Shown one piece after another: positions 18,552 through 26,953 of a DNA stretch of 64,000 bases. Within the stretch, counting starts at the first letter, position 1, and every line of letters starts with the position of its first letter. A model generated the notes under the pieces. The model saw nothing but the letters and a program-made list of their open reading frames with translations, searched no databases and was not told the origin of the DNA. The stretch is from an uncultured Thermoproteales archaeon. GTDB taxonomy: Archaea; Thermoproteota; Thermoprotei; Thermofilales; B20-G17. The stretch spans positions 380 through 64,379 of the forward strand of contig CBDUMD010000008.1 in NCBI GenBank assembly GCA_965368245.1. The letters run 5' to 3'. The position numbers were made by a program, and so were the translations under genes.

Positions 18552-20165
18552 ATGAAAAGGCGGTTACTTAACGTGTTGCTGGCAACTCTACTTTTACTTC
18601 AAGTAGGTACATACTCCTTCAACACGGTTTACGCGCAACCACTTAAATACAGGATTCTCGTAGAAAACGTCACCCTATTTGTGGAGAAGGATACCACATG
18701 CATCCTAGTCTATAATTTGACCGTGAAAGTTGACGAAGGGGCTATAAAAAACTATGTCAGCATAGGTATGCCAAACCGTTACTTCAACGTGGTCGAGGCA
18801 AAGGAGCTGGATACCGGTGAATCGATAAAATTCACGGAACACCGTGAAGACGGGAATTTCTACGTGGAGCTCAAGGTTTCAAGGGCCATAAAGGCTGGCG
18901 AAACAAGGGTTTTCTGGCTAGTAGTTGAGGTTAAAAACCTTGTTTTCAAGGATGAAACAAACCCTGGGAACGCTGGACTCCAGTTTATCCCCAGCTGGTT
19001 TCCGGTGAAGGTGGAGAAGCTGACTTTAACTATAGTGCTGCCGGAGGGGGTTAAAGCAAACGAGGTTAAAAACACCCCAGACTACGACAACATAATGAAT
19101 ATCTCCGGCAGGGTGGCCTTATACTGGGAGAGACATGGACTAGCGCCAAACGAGAAACTAAAAGTCGGTGTGAGTTTCCCCGCGAAATACTTGACGGCAA
19201 CCCCCCTTGAACCCGGTGAAAAAGGGTTCTGGGACACTATGCTGGACTCCATTTTAGCCAGCCTCCCAGACATAATATTTGTAGCTTTAATCATGGTATC
19301 AAGCTATTATATCTACAAGACACAGAGAAAGATGGAGTATGAGGAGCCTAGGTTGATGGTGGAGGCTTTAGGCCCCCGTAAAGGACTATATGCACCCGAA
19401 GCCGCATGGCTTATAGAAAGCCATAAAAGGAGGCCAGACTATGGCAAGATACTTACAATGATACTATATTCTCTGATAAGGAAAGGGGTTGTGGAGGTGG
19501 TTTCCGTAAACCCCCTCAAGTTAAGGAAAATTGGAGACGGAGGAAGGTTAAGATACTATGAAAGGGGGTTTCTGGAATGCATAGAGGAGGATGGCGGTTT
19601 AAGAGAAGAGTGTCTCGTCAAGGTGATAGATTCCCTCGACAAGGGGGTGGCAGAGAAGATTCGGGGTTACAGTCGAAGGGAAACAATAAGATACTATAGG
19701 AGGATTGTGGATAGGGCATGGAGAGAGGTTATTAAGGCGGAAACACCACTCCTCAAGGTCAGGACAGCGGAGGAGAAGCTGGATTGGCTTATGATGGATC
19801 CGGAATATAGGAGAAAACTGCCTAGAATATTATCCTACAACTACCCCGTATACATTGATAACCTCACTGTCTGGAATAGAACGCTACCTGTAGAGACTAG
19901 GGAAGGCTTCAAAGCGAAGCCCCCGAACATAATAGACTTGACGGATGCTGTGGCCAAGAACATCGAGCAGACGGCAGTAAACATTGTTGGAAACGTGGAG
20001 AAGTTCGCTGAGCAGGTTGCCTCGACGATTGAGGGAAGAACTGGAAGACAGACTGATGGGAGAGGACGCCCTGTGTTTTCTTCAAGCTGCGCATGTGTCT
20101 CATGTGCATGTGCTTGCGCCTGTGTAAGCTGTGCATGTGCCTGTGCTTCTGGGGGTGCAGGCTAA
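18552..20165 (+). CDS. DUF2207-like membrane protein with a C-terminal (Cys-Ala)n tail
   Basis: Signal peptide. N-terminal extracellular beta domain ('YRILVENVTLFVEKDTTCILVYNLTVKVDEG..'). TM 'IIFVALIMVSSYYIY'. Cytoplasmic region. Tail 'SSSCACVSCACACACVSCACACASGGAG'. Confidence 0.6.
   Translation: MKRRLLNVLLATLLLLQVGTYSFNTVYAQPLKYRILVENVTLFVEKDTTCILVYNLTVKVDEGAIKNYVSIGMPNRYFNVVEAKELDTGESIKFTEHREDGNFYVELKVSRAIKAGETRVFWLVVEVKNLVFKDETNPGNAGLQFIPSWFPVKVEKLTLTIVLPEGVKANEVKNTPDYDNIMNISGRVALYWERHGLAPNEKLKVGVSFPAKYLTATPLEPGEKGFWDTMLDSILASLPDIIFVALIMVSSYYIYKTQRKMEYEEPRLMVEALGPRKGLYAPEAAWLIESHKRRPDYGKILTMILYSLIRKGVVEVVSVNPLKLRKIGDGGRLRYYERGFLECIEEDGGLREECLVKVIDSLDKGVAEKIRGYSRRETIRYYRRIVDRAWREVIKAETPLLKVRTAEEKLDWLMMDPEYRRKLPRILSYNYPVYIDNLTVWNRTLPVETREGFKAKPPNIIDLTDAVAKNIEQTAVNIVGNVEKFAEQVASTIEGRTGRQTDGRGRPVFSSSCACVSCACACACVSCACACASGGAG
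20088..20147 (+). repeat. Imperfect TG(Y)GC(N) hexanucleotide repeat encoding the CACVSCACACACVSCACACA tail
   Basis: 'tgcgcatgtgtctcatgtgcatgtgcttgcgcctgtgtaagctgtgcatgtgcctgtgct', in frame with 18552..20165. Confidence 0.8.
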
Positions 20166-20184
20166 ACTATTGGAGGTATCCCCC

Positions 20185-21219
20185 TTGAAAATATTTTACA
20201 GTGAATCCTTCCTCAAACATACACCCCCCTTCCCCCATCCGGAGAGACCTGAGAGACTGAAAATCGCCTTGAAATCCTTGGAAGAGAAAGGTTTTCTAAA
20301 AAATCTAGAGGAGCCTCCCTCAGCCTCTTTAAGGGACCTACTTAAAATCCATGATGAACGGTATTTGAAAAGGGTTTTCGAAGCCTCCTCTACGGTACCC
20401 AACATGCTGGATGAAGACACCTACATCTCTGAAGGCTCCCTTGAAGCAGCCCTAAAGGCCGCAGGAGCCGCCATAAAGTGTGCGGCTCTCTCCATAAAGA
20501 CGGAAAATGTTTTCCTTGCACTGGTTAGGCCACCTGGACACCATGCTGGTAGAAAAGGAACAGCCTTAGGAGCCCCCTCACAGGGATTCTGCATCTTCAA
20601 CAATGTAGCTTTGGCGGCCGCAGTTCTGTTAAATCGGGGGATCGAGAGAATAGCTATAATAGACTTCGACGTCCACCACGGAAACGGTACACAGGAGATC
20701 TTCTACCGGGATCCAAGGGTCCTTCACATAGATCTACACCAGGATCCGACGACAATATACCCTGGCACAGGCTTCCCCGAGGACGTTGGTGAAGGTGAGG
20801 GGGAGGGAAGCAAGATAAACATTGTTTTACCCATTGGAAGCGGCGACGACATATACCAAAAGGCTTTAGAAGAAATTGTCCTACCTATACTCGAGGAGTT
20901 TAGGCCGAAAGTTTTACTCTACTCGGCTGGCTTCGATGCATACAGGGAGGATGGTTTGGCCGATATCAATGCCACCGAATACACGTTTTTCAAACTCGGG
21001 GAAATACCTCGGGAAATAGGTGTCAAGAGGGTAGCAGTAGTCTTGGAGGGTGGCTACAGCGTGGGGTTAAGGTTGGGGCTACCTGCTTTCCTACTAGGAC
21101 TTACAGGGGGTGCCCCGAAATTTGCAAAGCCCTCTAAGTCTACTGAAGGTGTTGAGGTTATGGCTCAATACTATTTCTCTAGGCTTAAGAAAGTGGTTTC
21201 AAAATACTGGTGCATTTAG
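20185..21219 (+). CDS. Histone deacetylase-family (HDAC/AcuC/acetylpolyamine amidohydrolase-like) deacetylase
   Basis: 'RPPGHHA', 'DFDVHHGNGTQEIF', 'SAGFDAYREDGLA', 'LEGGY'. The ORF track starts at 20131. I prefer the in-frame TTG at 20185, which is preceded by 'ggaggt', because the homology starts at 'LKIFYSESF'. Confidence 0.85.
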   Translation: MKIFYSESFLKHTPPFPHPERPERLKIALKSLEEKGFLKNLEEPPSASLRDLLKIHDERYLKRVFEASSTVPNMLDEDTYISEGSLEAALKAAGAAIKCAALSIKTENVFLALVRPPGHHAGRKGTALGAPSQGFCIFNNVALAAAVLLNRGIERIAIIDFDVHHGNGTQEIFYRDPRVLHIDLHQDPTTIYPGTGFPEDVGEGEGEGSKINIVLPIGSGDDIYQKALEEIVLPILEEFRPKVLLYSAGFDAYREDGLADINATEYTFFKLGEIPREIGVKRVAVVLEGGYSVGLRLGLPAFLLGLTGGAPKFAKPSKSTEGVEVMAQYYFSRLKKVVSKYWCI

Positions 21220-21314
21220 CATCACGAATACAATCACTTACCTAGGATATGAAGCTGTTTAGATATGTACTGGAAATACAATATGTTAATATATTAATTA
21301 GCTAAAGATTTTTC

Positions 21315-22262
21315 ATGAGGATTATGACGGATCTTGTACTTGAAACCAGCAACCTCACCAGGTTTTTCGGGGAAAAATGTGCAGTCTACAGGCTCAACTT
21401 AAAGGTTCCTAAAGGAGTTGTCTACGGGTTTCTTGGGCCGAATGGTGCAGGTAAAAGCACTACACTTAGAATGGTGGTGGGTTGTCTTAGGCCGACGTAC
21501 GGTAAGATCAAGGTTTTCGGTTTAAATGTATTCAGCGACCGTGTTAAAGTCATGGAGAAGCTGGGCTATCTCCCTGAAAAGCCTGTGGCATACCCCTATA
21601 TGACCCCAATGGACTTTCTGGTTTACATGGGTCGATTAAGCGGGTTAACCAGGAAGGAAGCAGTAGAGAAGGCCAGGGAGTTGCTCGACTTCGTGGGGCT
21701 GGGTAGGTTAGCCTACAGCAAGGTAAATACTCTCTCCGCTGGCGAAAGACAGCGCCTGGGTTTCGCACAAGCCTTGATAAACGAACCCGAGTTCCTGGTG
21801 CTGGATGAACCTACATCAAACCTTGACCCTGTAGGTAGATTCGATATACTAAACAAGGTGCGGAGGCTGGCGGAGGAAAAGGGGTTAACGGTCCTCATAT
21901 CATCACATGTAATACCTGAGGTTGAGAGAGTCAGCGACTACGTTGGCATAATAAACAACGGGTTGCTTGTAGTCCAAGGAAGGATAAGCGACCTGATAGC
22001 AGAGGAGGAGGACGAATACCTGCTGGAGGTCTCCGATTCAAAGAAACTTCTGGAGAGACTCAGGAAGGAGGATTATGTAATTGAAGTCAGAGCCAGAGAC
22101 CATAAAAGCGTCTACCTTAAGGTAGATTTAAACAAGTCTAAGGCCTTATGGCTGACTCTACCCAAGATACTTGCAGAGGAGAAACTCGCACTATACGGTT
22201 TCCGTCCCATAGGAGATCCCCTCGAAAGACTTTTCCTCAGGAGGCTGGGGGTGGCAAGATGA
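21315..22262 (+). CDS. ABC transporter ATP-binding protein (ABC-2/CcmA-like)
   Basis: Walker A 'GPNGAGKST', signature 'LSAGERQR', Walker B 'FLVLDEPTSNLD'. Confidence 0.9.
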   Translation: MRIMTDLVLETSNLTRFFGEKCAVYRLNLKVPKGVVYGFLGPNGAGKSTTLRMVVGCLRPTYGKIKVFGLNVFSDRVKVMEKLGYLPEKPVAYPYMTPMDFLVYMGRLSGLTRKEAVEKARELLDFVGLGRLAYSKVNTLSAGERQRLGFAQALINEPEFLVLDEPTSNLDPVGRFDILNKVRRLAEEKGLTVLISSHVIPEVERVSDYVGIINNGLLVVQGRISDLIAEEEDEYLLEVSDSKKLLERLRKEDYVIEVRARDHKSVYLKVDLNKSKALWLTLPKILAEEKLALYGFRPIGDPLERLFLRRLGVAR

Positions 22263-23113
22263 ACTCAACGGGCTTGAAAGAGCTATTGGTGAAGATCTAC
22301 TGGGGCATCAGAAACATAAAATTTATTGTGATAATGGAATACGAGCTACGCAGAATAATCGGCTCAAGGAAGTTCAAGCTGATGCTCGCTGTAATGCTTC
22401 TCCCGGACATAATGTTCCTCCTAGGTCTCGGAGGGATAACCCCTGCGGAGACGGGTGTTGACATATGCCTTGAAGAGTTTTGGAGGCAGGCAGAAGACCT
22501 CATATTGAACTTTTGGACGGGCTTACCGGCCCAGCTTCTAGCCATACTTATAGCCAGTGAGCTTCTGGCTGGCGAATATGAGAACGAGACCTTTAAACTC
22601 CTTGTAACCAAACCCGTGAAGAAGAGCGGGGTGGTTTTAGGGAAATGGCTGGCCTTTCTCATCTCGATGATCCTGATAACACTGCTTCCACTATTGTTGC
22701 TGGCCCTCCTAATATCCCTCGCCTATAGAGGCTACTGGGACGCCCTAATCGCCATACTATCATACGACTTTTGGGCCGGGGAATTAACGATGATGGTAGG
22801 GTTAACCACTATAGGTACATTTACACTACTGTTTTCAGCCCTTCTCTCAAAGTCCCTCTATGCTGCTTTATCCTCCTTTGCCATAATCCTCATCTACCGG
22901 CTTCTCGTACCCAGCATAGCTTGGCTTGAAAACCCGTTACAGTACACTTTGTCGTATCAGCTTGGAGTGATATTGGAGGAGCTAGGATTTATTTTGCCTG
23001 AGGGGAGAATGTATGAGGGAGATATATACATAACCTTGCCAGCACTCTACATAGTTAACCTACTTTTCTTGACTGTGGCTATAGTATCTGTATTCTTCAA
23101 GGAGGCGAAGTAA
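22259..23113 (+). CDS. ABC-2 type permease
   Basis: Multi-TM protein. Start moved to the ATG at 22259, which forms an ATGA overlap with the ATPase stop. The track's 22148 start adds a basic, non-membrane extension that lies inside the upstream gene. Confidence 0.7.
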   Translation: MNSTGLKELLVKIYWGIRNIKFIVIMEYELRRIIGSRKFKLMLAVMLLPDIMFLLGLGGITPAETGVDICLEEFWRQAEDLILNFWTGLPAQLLAILIASELLAGEYENETFKLLVTKPVKKSGVVLGKWLAFLISMILITLLPLLLLALLISLAYRGYWDALIAILSYDFWAGELTMMVGLTTIGTFTLLFSALLSKSLYAALSSFAIILIYRLLVPSIAWLENPLQYTLSYQLGVILEELGFILPEGRMYEGDIYITLPALYIVNLLFLTVAIVSVFFKEAK

Positions 23114-23115
23114 AC

Positions 23116-25257
23116 ATGAGGATAAAGCCCATCCTACTGGTTCTATTTTTTACGGCAACGATACTCCAAGCTCTTATCATAGAAAGCGTACCTATACCAT
23201 TAACCGTATCCACGGATGTGGTTAACCTGGTGGCGGGTGCAGTAAACGAGGTTGAAATAACGGTTGAAAATAATGGACGGTTACCTGTGGCCCAAGTTCA
23301 GGTCAAGTTGGTGCCAGCCACTCCAAGCGTCACAGTAATAGGGTTCTCGAGCATCCTGATTGAAAAGATAGGTGCGGGTTCATCGTATTCTTTTAAGGTA
23401 AAGCTTCTTGTACCCAGAACAATCTACGGTTCAGCCGTATCCCTTACAATCTACCTGTATTACCGGGATCCCCTAACAGGGATCCAGTTCACGGATACAT
23501 ACACCCTCAGCTTCCTCGTTAAAAGCAGATGCTACTTGGAGCCGGTTTTTGTGGAGAGAAAGGGAAACAAGGTATCTATAGTTCTTAGAAACCCTTCGCC
23601 GATTAAATTATCCAATGCTTCCGTACACCTAGAATATGGAGGAGTGATCGTCAGCTCCCCCTACTCCATTAAAATAGAAGCCGTGGATTCAGAGAGCAAT
23701 GTTACACTCGACTTCAAGCTGATAGGCTTCTACGACTACATTACCATCGCCGTGACGTACGATGACGGGTGGACCGACCGGTATACGGTCAAGCTTCCAG
23801 GCTCAGCCCATAATATAGTTGTAGAGTCTGTTGAAAGAATGGGAGGCAATGTTACAGTAAAGTTAACCAATATGGGGGAGGATGATGAAGAGGACATAAA
23901 GGTTTCTCTAAAGTATATGGGGGCGGTGGCTGGCCTACCCTACGAAACAACAATACCGTTGATTAAAGCCGGTGAAACAAAGCTAGTTTCATTCCAGCTC
24001 CCCCAAACCTACACGCAGATAACGGTGAGCATAGTGTATCCTGATGGATTCAAGACGGAAAAAACATTTAGTATCGGCGCGTTCAGCGGAACCCTGCTAG
24101 AACTAAGATGCACCTACCCTGAAAGGAGAGGAGAGCTCGGCACCACAGTCTACTACCCTATCTCGATAGTAAACAGAGGGCTATCTGACGTATACAAGCT
24201 CTCCGTTACAGGGCTACCATCTCTCTTTAAATGGAGGTTCCTCAAGGATAACTCCGAAATCCAGGCAGTATACCTGGAGGAGGGACAACAAAATGTAGTC
24301 CTCCTCGCGGTCGACATACCCAAAATACCGTTAAACTTCACTCTAGATGAGACGATATCCTTCAAGGTTACGGTTAAACCGGAGTCAGGTGGTGCGGCGG
24401 GGGAGCTAGAGCTTAAGTTAACCCCGACCACCACAAGTAGCCTTCAGGTCTACTCTAAGGGATGGTACGGTGAAGCCATTTCAGGGGTCCAGGGACTCCA
24501 TTACGTCGGGATTCCCTATTCAACCGGACTACTACCCAAGGGATCCACCATTTCGGCCAAGTATAGGCTTGAGGAGAACAAGACATACGTTATCCTACTT
24601 TACGGCCCCTTCGTAGGCACTAGAAGCGACCTCAACCTCTACCTCCTCGACGTGAACGGAGGGCTCTTAGCTGTATCGGCTAACGGGCAGGGGGAGCCGG
24701 AGACGTTAACAGTCAGGATAAGGAAGACAGGCCTATACCTCCTAGTGGTATCCAACGAGGAGACGACTTCAAGGAGCATGGGTGAAGGGGTGCTACTTGT
24801 ATCCGAGCTACAGCCAGCACCCGGCACAACTACAATCCATCTCCAACCACCCCTATTCCAGGCCTCCATCATAGTGAACCTAACTGGACTCACGGGCACA
24901 GTCCACTTAACGGTCAAGGGAGGAGACTTCACAGCCCTCCTCTACCCCTTCTCCACCAACAGGGAGAAAACAAGATACGACCCCTTCGTCCCAAGGGCAT
25001 CCACAACCGTGAAAAGCGTCAACGGATCCGCCGAACTAGAGCACACGGTTAAACGAGGCGACGCACTAATCCTAGTGCAATTTAAGGCAAGCCGGCCCCT
25101 AAACCTGACGATAGAATGCAGGATACAGGGAGAGAAAGGCGTGGAAATAGGTTTACTGGAGCAGGATCTAATATACCTTGCAGCAATACTAGCCACAATA
25201 ACACTAATAGCCGTAGCACTCTGGGGCGAGAAAACAATAGGCTCCAAGAAAACCTAA
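23116..25257 (+). CDS. Secreted multi-domain beta-sandwich protein (CARDB/NEW3-like repeats) with a C-terminal TM anchor
   Basis: Signal peptide 'ILLVLFFTATILQALI'. Repeated 'V.V.N.G' strands ('EVEITVENNGRLPVAQVQVKL', 'VSIVLRNPSPIKLSNASVHL', 'VTVKLTNMGEDDEEDIKVSL', 'ISIVNRGLSDVYKLSV'). Anchor 'LIYLAAILATITLIAVALW'. Lies 2 nt downstream of the permease. Confidence 0.65.
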   Translation: MRIKPILLVLFFTATILQALIIESVPIPLTVSTDVVNLVAGAVNEVEITVENNGRLPVAQVQVKLVPATPSVTVIGFSSILIEKIGAGSSYSFKVKLLVPRTIYGSAVSLTIYLYYRDPLTGIQFTDTYTLSFLVKSRCYLEPVFVERKGNKVSIVLRNPSPIKLSNASVHLEYGGVIVSSPYSIKIEAVDSESNVTLDFKLIGFYDYITIAVTYDDGWTDRYTVKLPGSAHNIVVESVERMGGNVTVKLTNMGEDDEEDIKVSLKYMGAVAGLPYETTIPLIKAGETKLVSFQLPQTYTQITVSIVYPDGFKTEKTFSIGAFSGTLLELRCTYPERRGELGTTVYYPISIVNRGLSDVYKLSVTGLPSLFKWRFLKDNSEIQAVYLEEGQQNVVLLAVDIPKIPLNFTLDETISFKVTVKPESGGAAGELELKLTPTTTSSLQVYSKGWYGEAISGVQGLHYVGIPYSTGLLPKGSTISAKYRLEENKTYVILLYGPFVGTRSDLNLYLLDVNGGLLAVSANGQGEPETLTVRIRKTGLYLLVVSNEETTSRSMGEGVLLVSELQPAPGTTTIHLQPPLFQASIIVNLTGLTGTVHLTVKGGDFTALLYPFSTNREKTRYDPFVPRASTTVKSVNGSAELEHTVKRGDALILVQFKASRPLNLTIECRIQGEKGVEIGLLEQDLIYLAAILATITLIAVALWGEKTIGSKKT

Positions 25258-25264
25258 AAGAATA

Positions 25265-25576
25265 CTACACTTCATTAAACCAATCTAAAACCAGACGCAA
25301 GCTAACCCCATTCTTCTTCGCAGTCCTCAAAATAATCTTAAGCAACATATCCCAGAAAGCAGGACAATAAACGTTACAAATCTCCTCCTTAAGCCTCTCA
25401 GGACAGCAAACCACAGCCTCCCTAACAGGCATACCAAGCCTAGCACCAACATAATAGTCTAAAACAGCGACAAACTCAGCTCCCATAAGCCTACAAAAAT
25501 CATCCCAAACCCTCAAAACCAACTTCACTTCCTCACTCTGACCCTCAACCTCTCCTCCGGCCACCACCAAACCCAC
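25265..25576 (-). CDS. Hypothetical protein (103 aa)
   Basis: ORF with a GTG start immediately after an in-frame TAG. Overlaps the 3' end of 25525..26562 by 52 nt. The protein has a globular-looking composition, but its coding strand is unusually G+T-rich. Confidence 0.4.
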   Translation of the reverse strand: MGLVVAGGEVEGQSEEVKLVLRVWDDFCRLMGAEFVAVLDYYVGARLGMPVREAVVCCPERLKEEICNVYCPAFWDMLLKIILRTAKKNGVSLRLVLDWFNEV

Positions 25577-26562
25577 CTACCTCCATCCCACCTAACAAAC
25601 TTCCACAAATAAGGCGTGGATTTAACGATGGATTTACTAGACATTATAATTTCTCCATAAGGAAATTCGATGTCAAACATTGTTAACAACTCAAATATTC
25701 TTTCATGCATAAAACATGGGGGTTGTCCAAGAACTAAAGCCGTATTTACATCTATAAGTGCCGTGCTAAAATATGGTAATTTAATTAAAGACCTAGCCAC
25801 TATGTGAGCTTCTTTTCCCTTTATATAAAATAATCTAAAAGGTACTTCATTCATAGGCAGATATGGTATAAAAGTATTGTATAACCATGCAGGCATAACA
25901 TGTCGCTTAAAATGATATGATAAAGTTTGACTTGAAGTTAATGCGATCGATTGATCGATTTTTAACGCTTCTTTCAAAGCTTCTTTATGCCTGATAAAGG
26001 GGCCCCTATGTAATTTCGCAGACAATATAATTAGATCATAAATGTCCGGCGTGATATTTTCTACTTCTCGAAAACAATTATTTTCTGGATATTCTTCTTT
26101 GGTGAATATATTTGAAAAGACAGGAATAAGTGTACCTTTTTCAGGAAGATATAATGTACCCCCATCATCTGGCCTCCAACGATAATATTTTAGGCCACGA
26201 ATGAGAATTAATATATTTGCTGGTATGGAGTTACAATATTCTTCTAGGAAAACATAAGGTATTAAAGCTGATATAAGCTTTAAAATTCTTCCCCCTCCAT
26301 AGATGTTACGAACTGATACTGTACCATAGGGAAGTTCTTCAATTACTGTTGGTTCAACAATAAGTGCGATAGGAATTAACCCGAATTTACCATAGTCAGG
26401 TACGAAGTAAACACGGCCTTTTCTATAAAGCTTTGTAAGGGTATTTTGTACAGAAGAAAGACACATACCTGTATTTCGTGCGATTTCACGCAGCGTCTTT
26501 GAAGATGGCAAATGGTATATTACTTTCCATTCATTTTTCGATATATAAATGCTACGATACAT
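25525..26562 (-). CDS. Putative DNA-binding protein with an N-terminal winged-HTH and a possible second HTH
   Basis: 'SSKTLREIARNTGMCLSSVQNTLTKLYRKGRV' is HTH-like. A second candidate is 'SSQTLSYHFKRHV'. The gene lies in a visibly AT-rich segment. The W-rich C-terminal tail is encoded in the skewed region. Confidence 0.55.
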   Translation of the reverse strand: MYRSIYISKNEWKVIYHLPSSKTLREIARNTGMCLSSVQNTLTKLYRKGRVYFVPDYGKFGLIPIALIVEPTVIEELPYGTVSVRNIYGGGRILKLISALIPYVFLEEYCNSIPANILILIRGLKYYRWRPDDGGTLYLPEKGTLIPVFSNIFTKEEYPENNCFREVENITPDIYDLIILSAKLHRGPFIRHKEALKEALKIDQSIALTSSQTLSYHFKRHVMPAWLYNTFIPYLPMNEVPFRLFYIKGKEAHIVARSLIKLPYFSTALIDVNTALVLGQPPCFMHERIFELLTMFDIEFPYGEIIMSSKSIVKSTPYLWKFVRWDGGRWVWWWPEERLRVRVRK

Positions 26563-26608
26563 GAAGAACCCTCAATAAAAAGTTAGAGATAAGTATTGTT
26601 ATATGTTT

Positions 26609-26797
26609 TTAAGGGAACGGATCGGGATCAGGTGTTGGCCATCCTTTGTCTCCGTCTGCGTTTAGTGTCGTTGTGTCGGGGTTGCCTAGCACGTATGTAG
26701 TGAGTGCGCAGAGGAAGAGTAACAGTAGTAGGCTGAGTATTTTGGGGTTTTTGAGGAGTATTTTTAGGAAGAGTTTTATCTTTTTGCTTATTTTCAT
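26609..26797 (-). CDS. Small secreted peptide precursor (62 aa; signal peptide plus a D/P/T-rich 24-aa C-terminal part)
   Basis: 'MKISKKIKLFLKILLKNPKILSLLLLLFLCALTTYVLG' followed by 'NPDTTTLNADGDKGWPTPDPDPFP'. ATG at 26797 is preceded by 'GGTGG' 8 nt upstream. The track's start at 26809 is GTG. Confidence 0.4.
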   Translation of the reverse strand: MKISKKIKLFLKILLKNPKILSLLLLLFLCALTTYVLGNPDTTTLNADGDKGWPTPDPDPFP

Positions 26798-26852
26798 GGT
26801 TGTTTCCACCGTGTTTTTTAGATGATTTCTCCTTTAAATATTTTTTGTTTTC

Positions 26853-26880
26853 GACCGAGAAACTATTTTCTTTTTCGGTC
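26853..26880. promoter_or_regulatory. Imperfect 10-bp inverted repeat in a divergent promoter region
   Basis: GACCGAGAAA (26853-26862), 8-nt spacer, TTTTTCGGTC (26871-26880); 9 of 10 positions are complementary. Lies between the small-peptide gene (-) and the MFS gene (+). Confidence 0.4.
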
Positions 26881-26953
26881 AAAATCCAATAATATAGATT
26901 GTTTAAAATGTAAATGGAAAAGTATATTAGTTGACTATTTTTAGGGAATTAGG

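Noticed and set aside
20131-20184. Upstream ATG start for the HDAC-family gene
   Set aside because: It would overlap the (Cys-Ala)n tail coding region of the upstream gene. The homology begins at 'LKIFYSESF', and an in-frame TTG at 20185 has a 'ggaggt' just upstream.
22148-22258. N-terminal extension of the ABC-2 permease ORF
   Set aside because: The extension lies inside the ATPase gene in another frame and is basic and non-membrane. The ATG at 22259 forms a classic ATGA stop/start overlap.
25116-25370. 84-aa + strand ORF spanning the end of 23116..25257
   Set aside because: It overlaps the well-supported 3' end of the 713-aa gene. Its translation is low-complexity (N/S/R/T-rich), and the + strand downstream is full of stops in all frames.
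26802-26809. GTTTCCAC, matching the first 8 nt of the crenarchaeal ORB core (GTTTCCACTGGAAC)
   Set aside because: It is a single half-match that diverges afterwards and coincides with the start-codon region. With no repeated copies, it cannot support an origin call on its own.
26628-26882. 84-aa minus-strand ORF overlapping the small-peptide gene in another frame
   Set aside because: Its translation is a highly basic, low-complexity K/N/T/Q/P-rich sequence produced by the skewed composition. The alternative frame gives a clean signal peptide.
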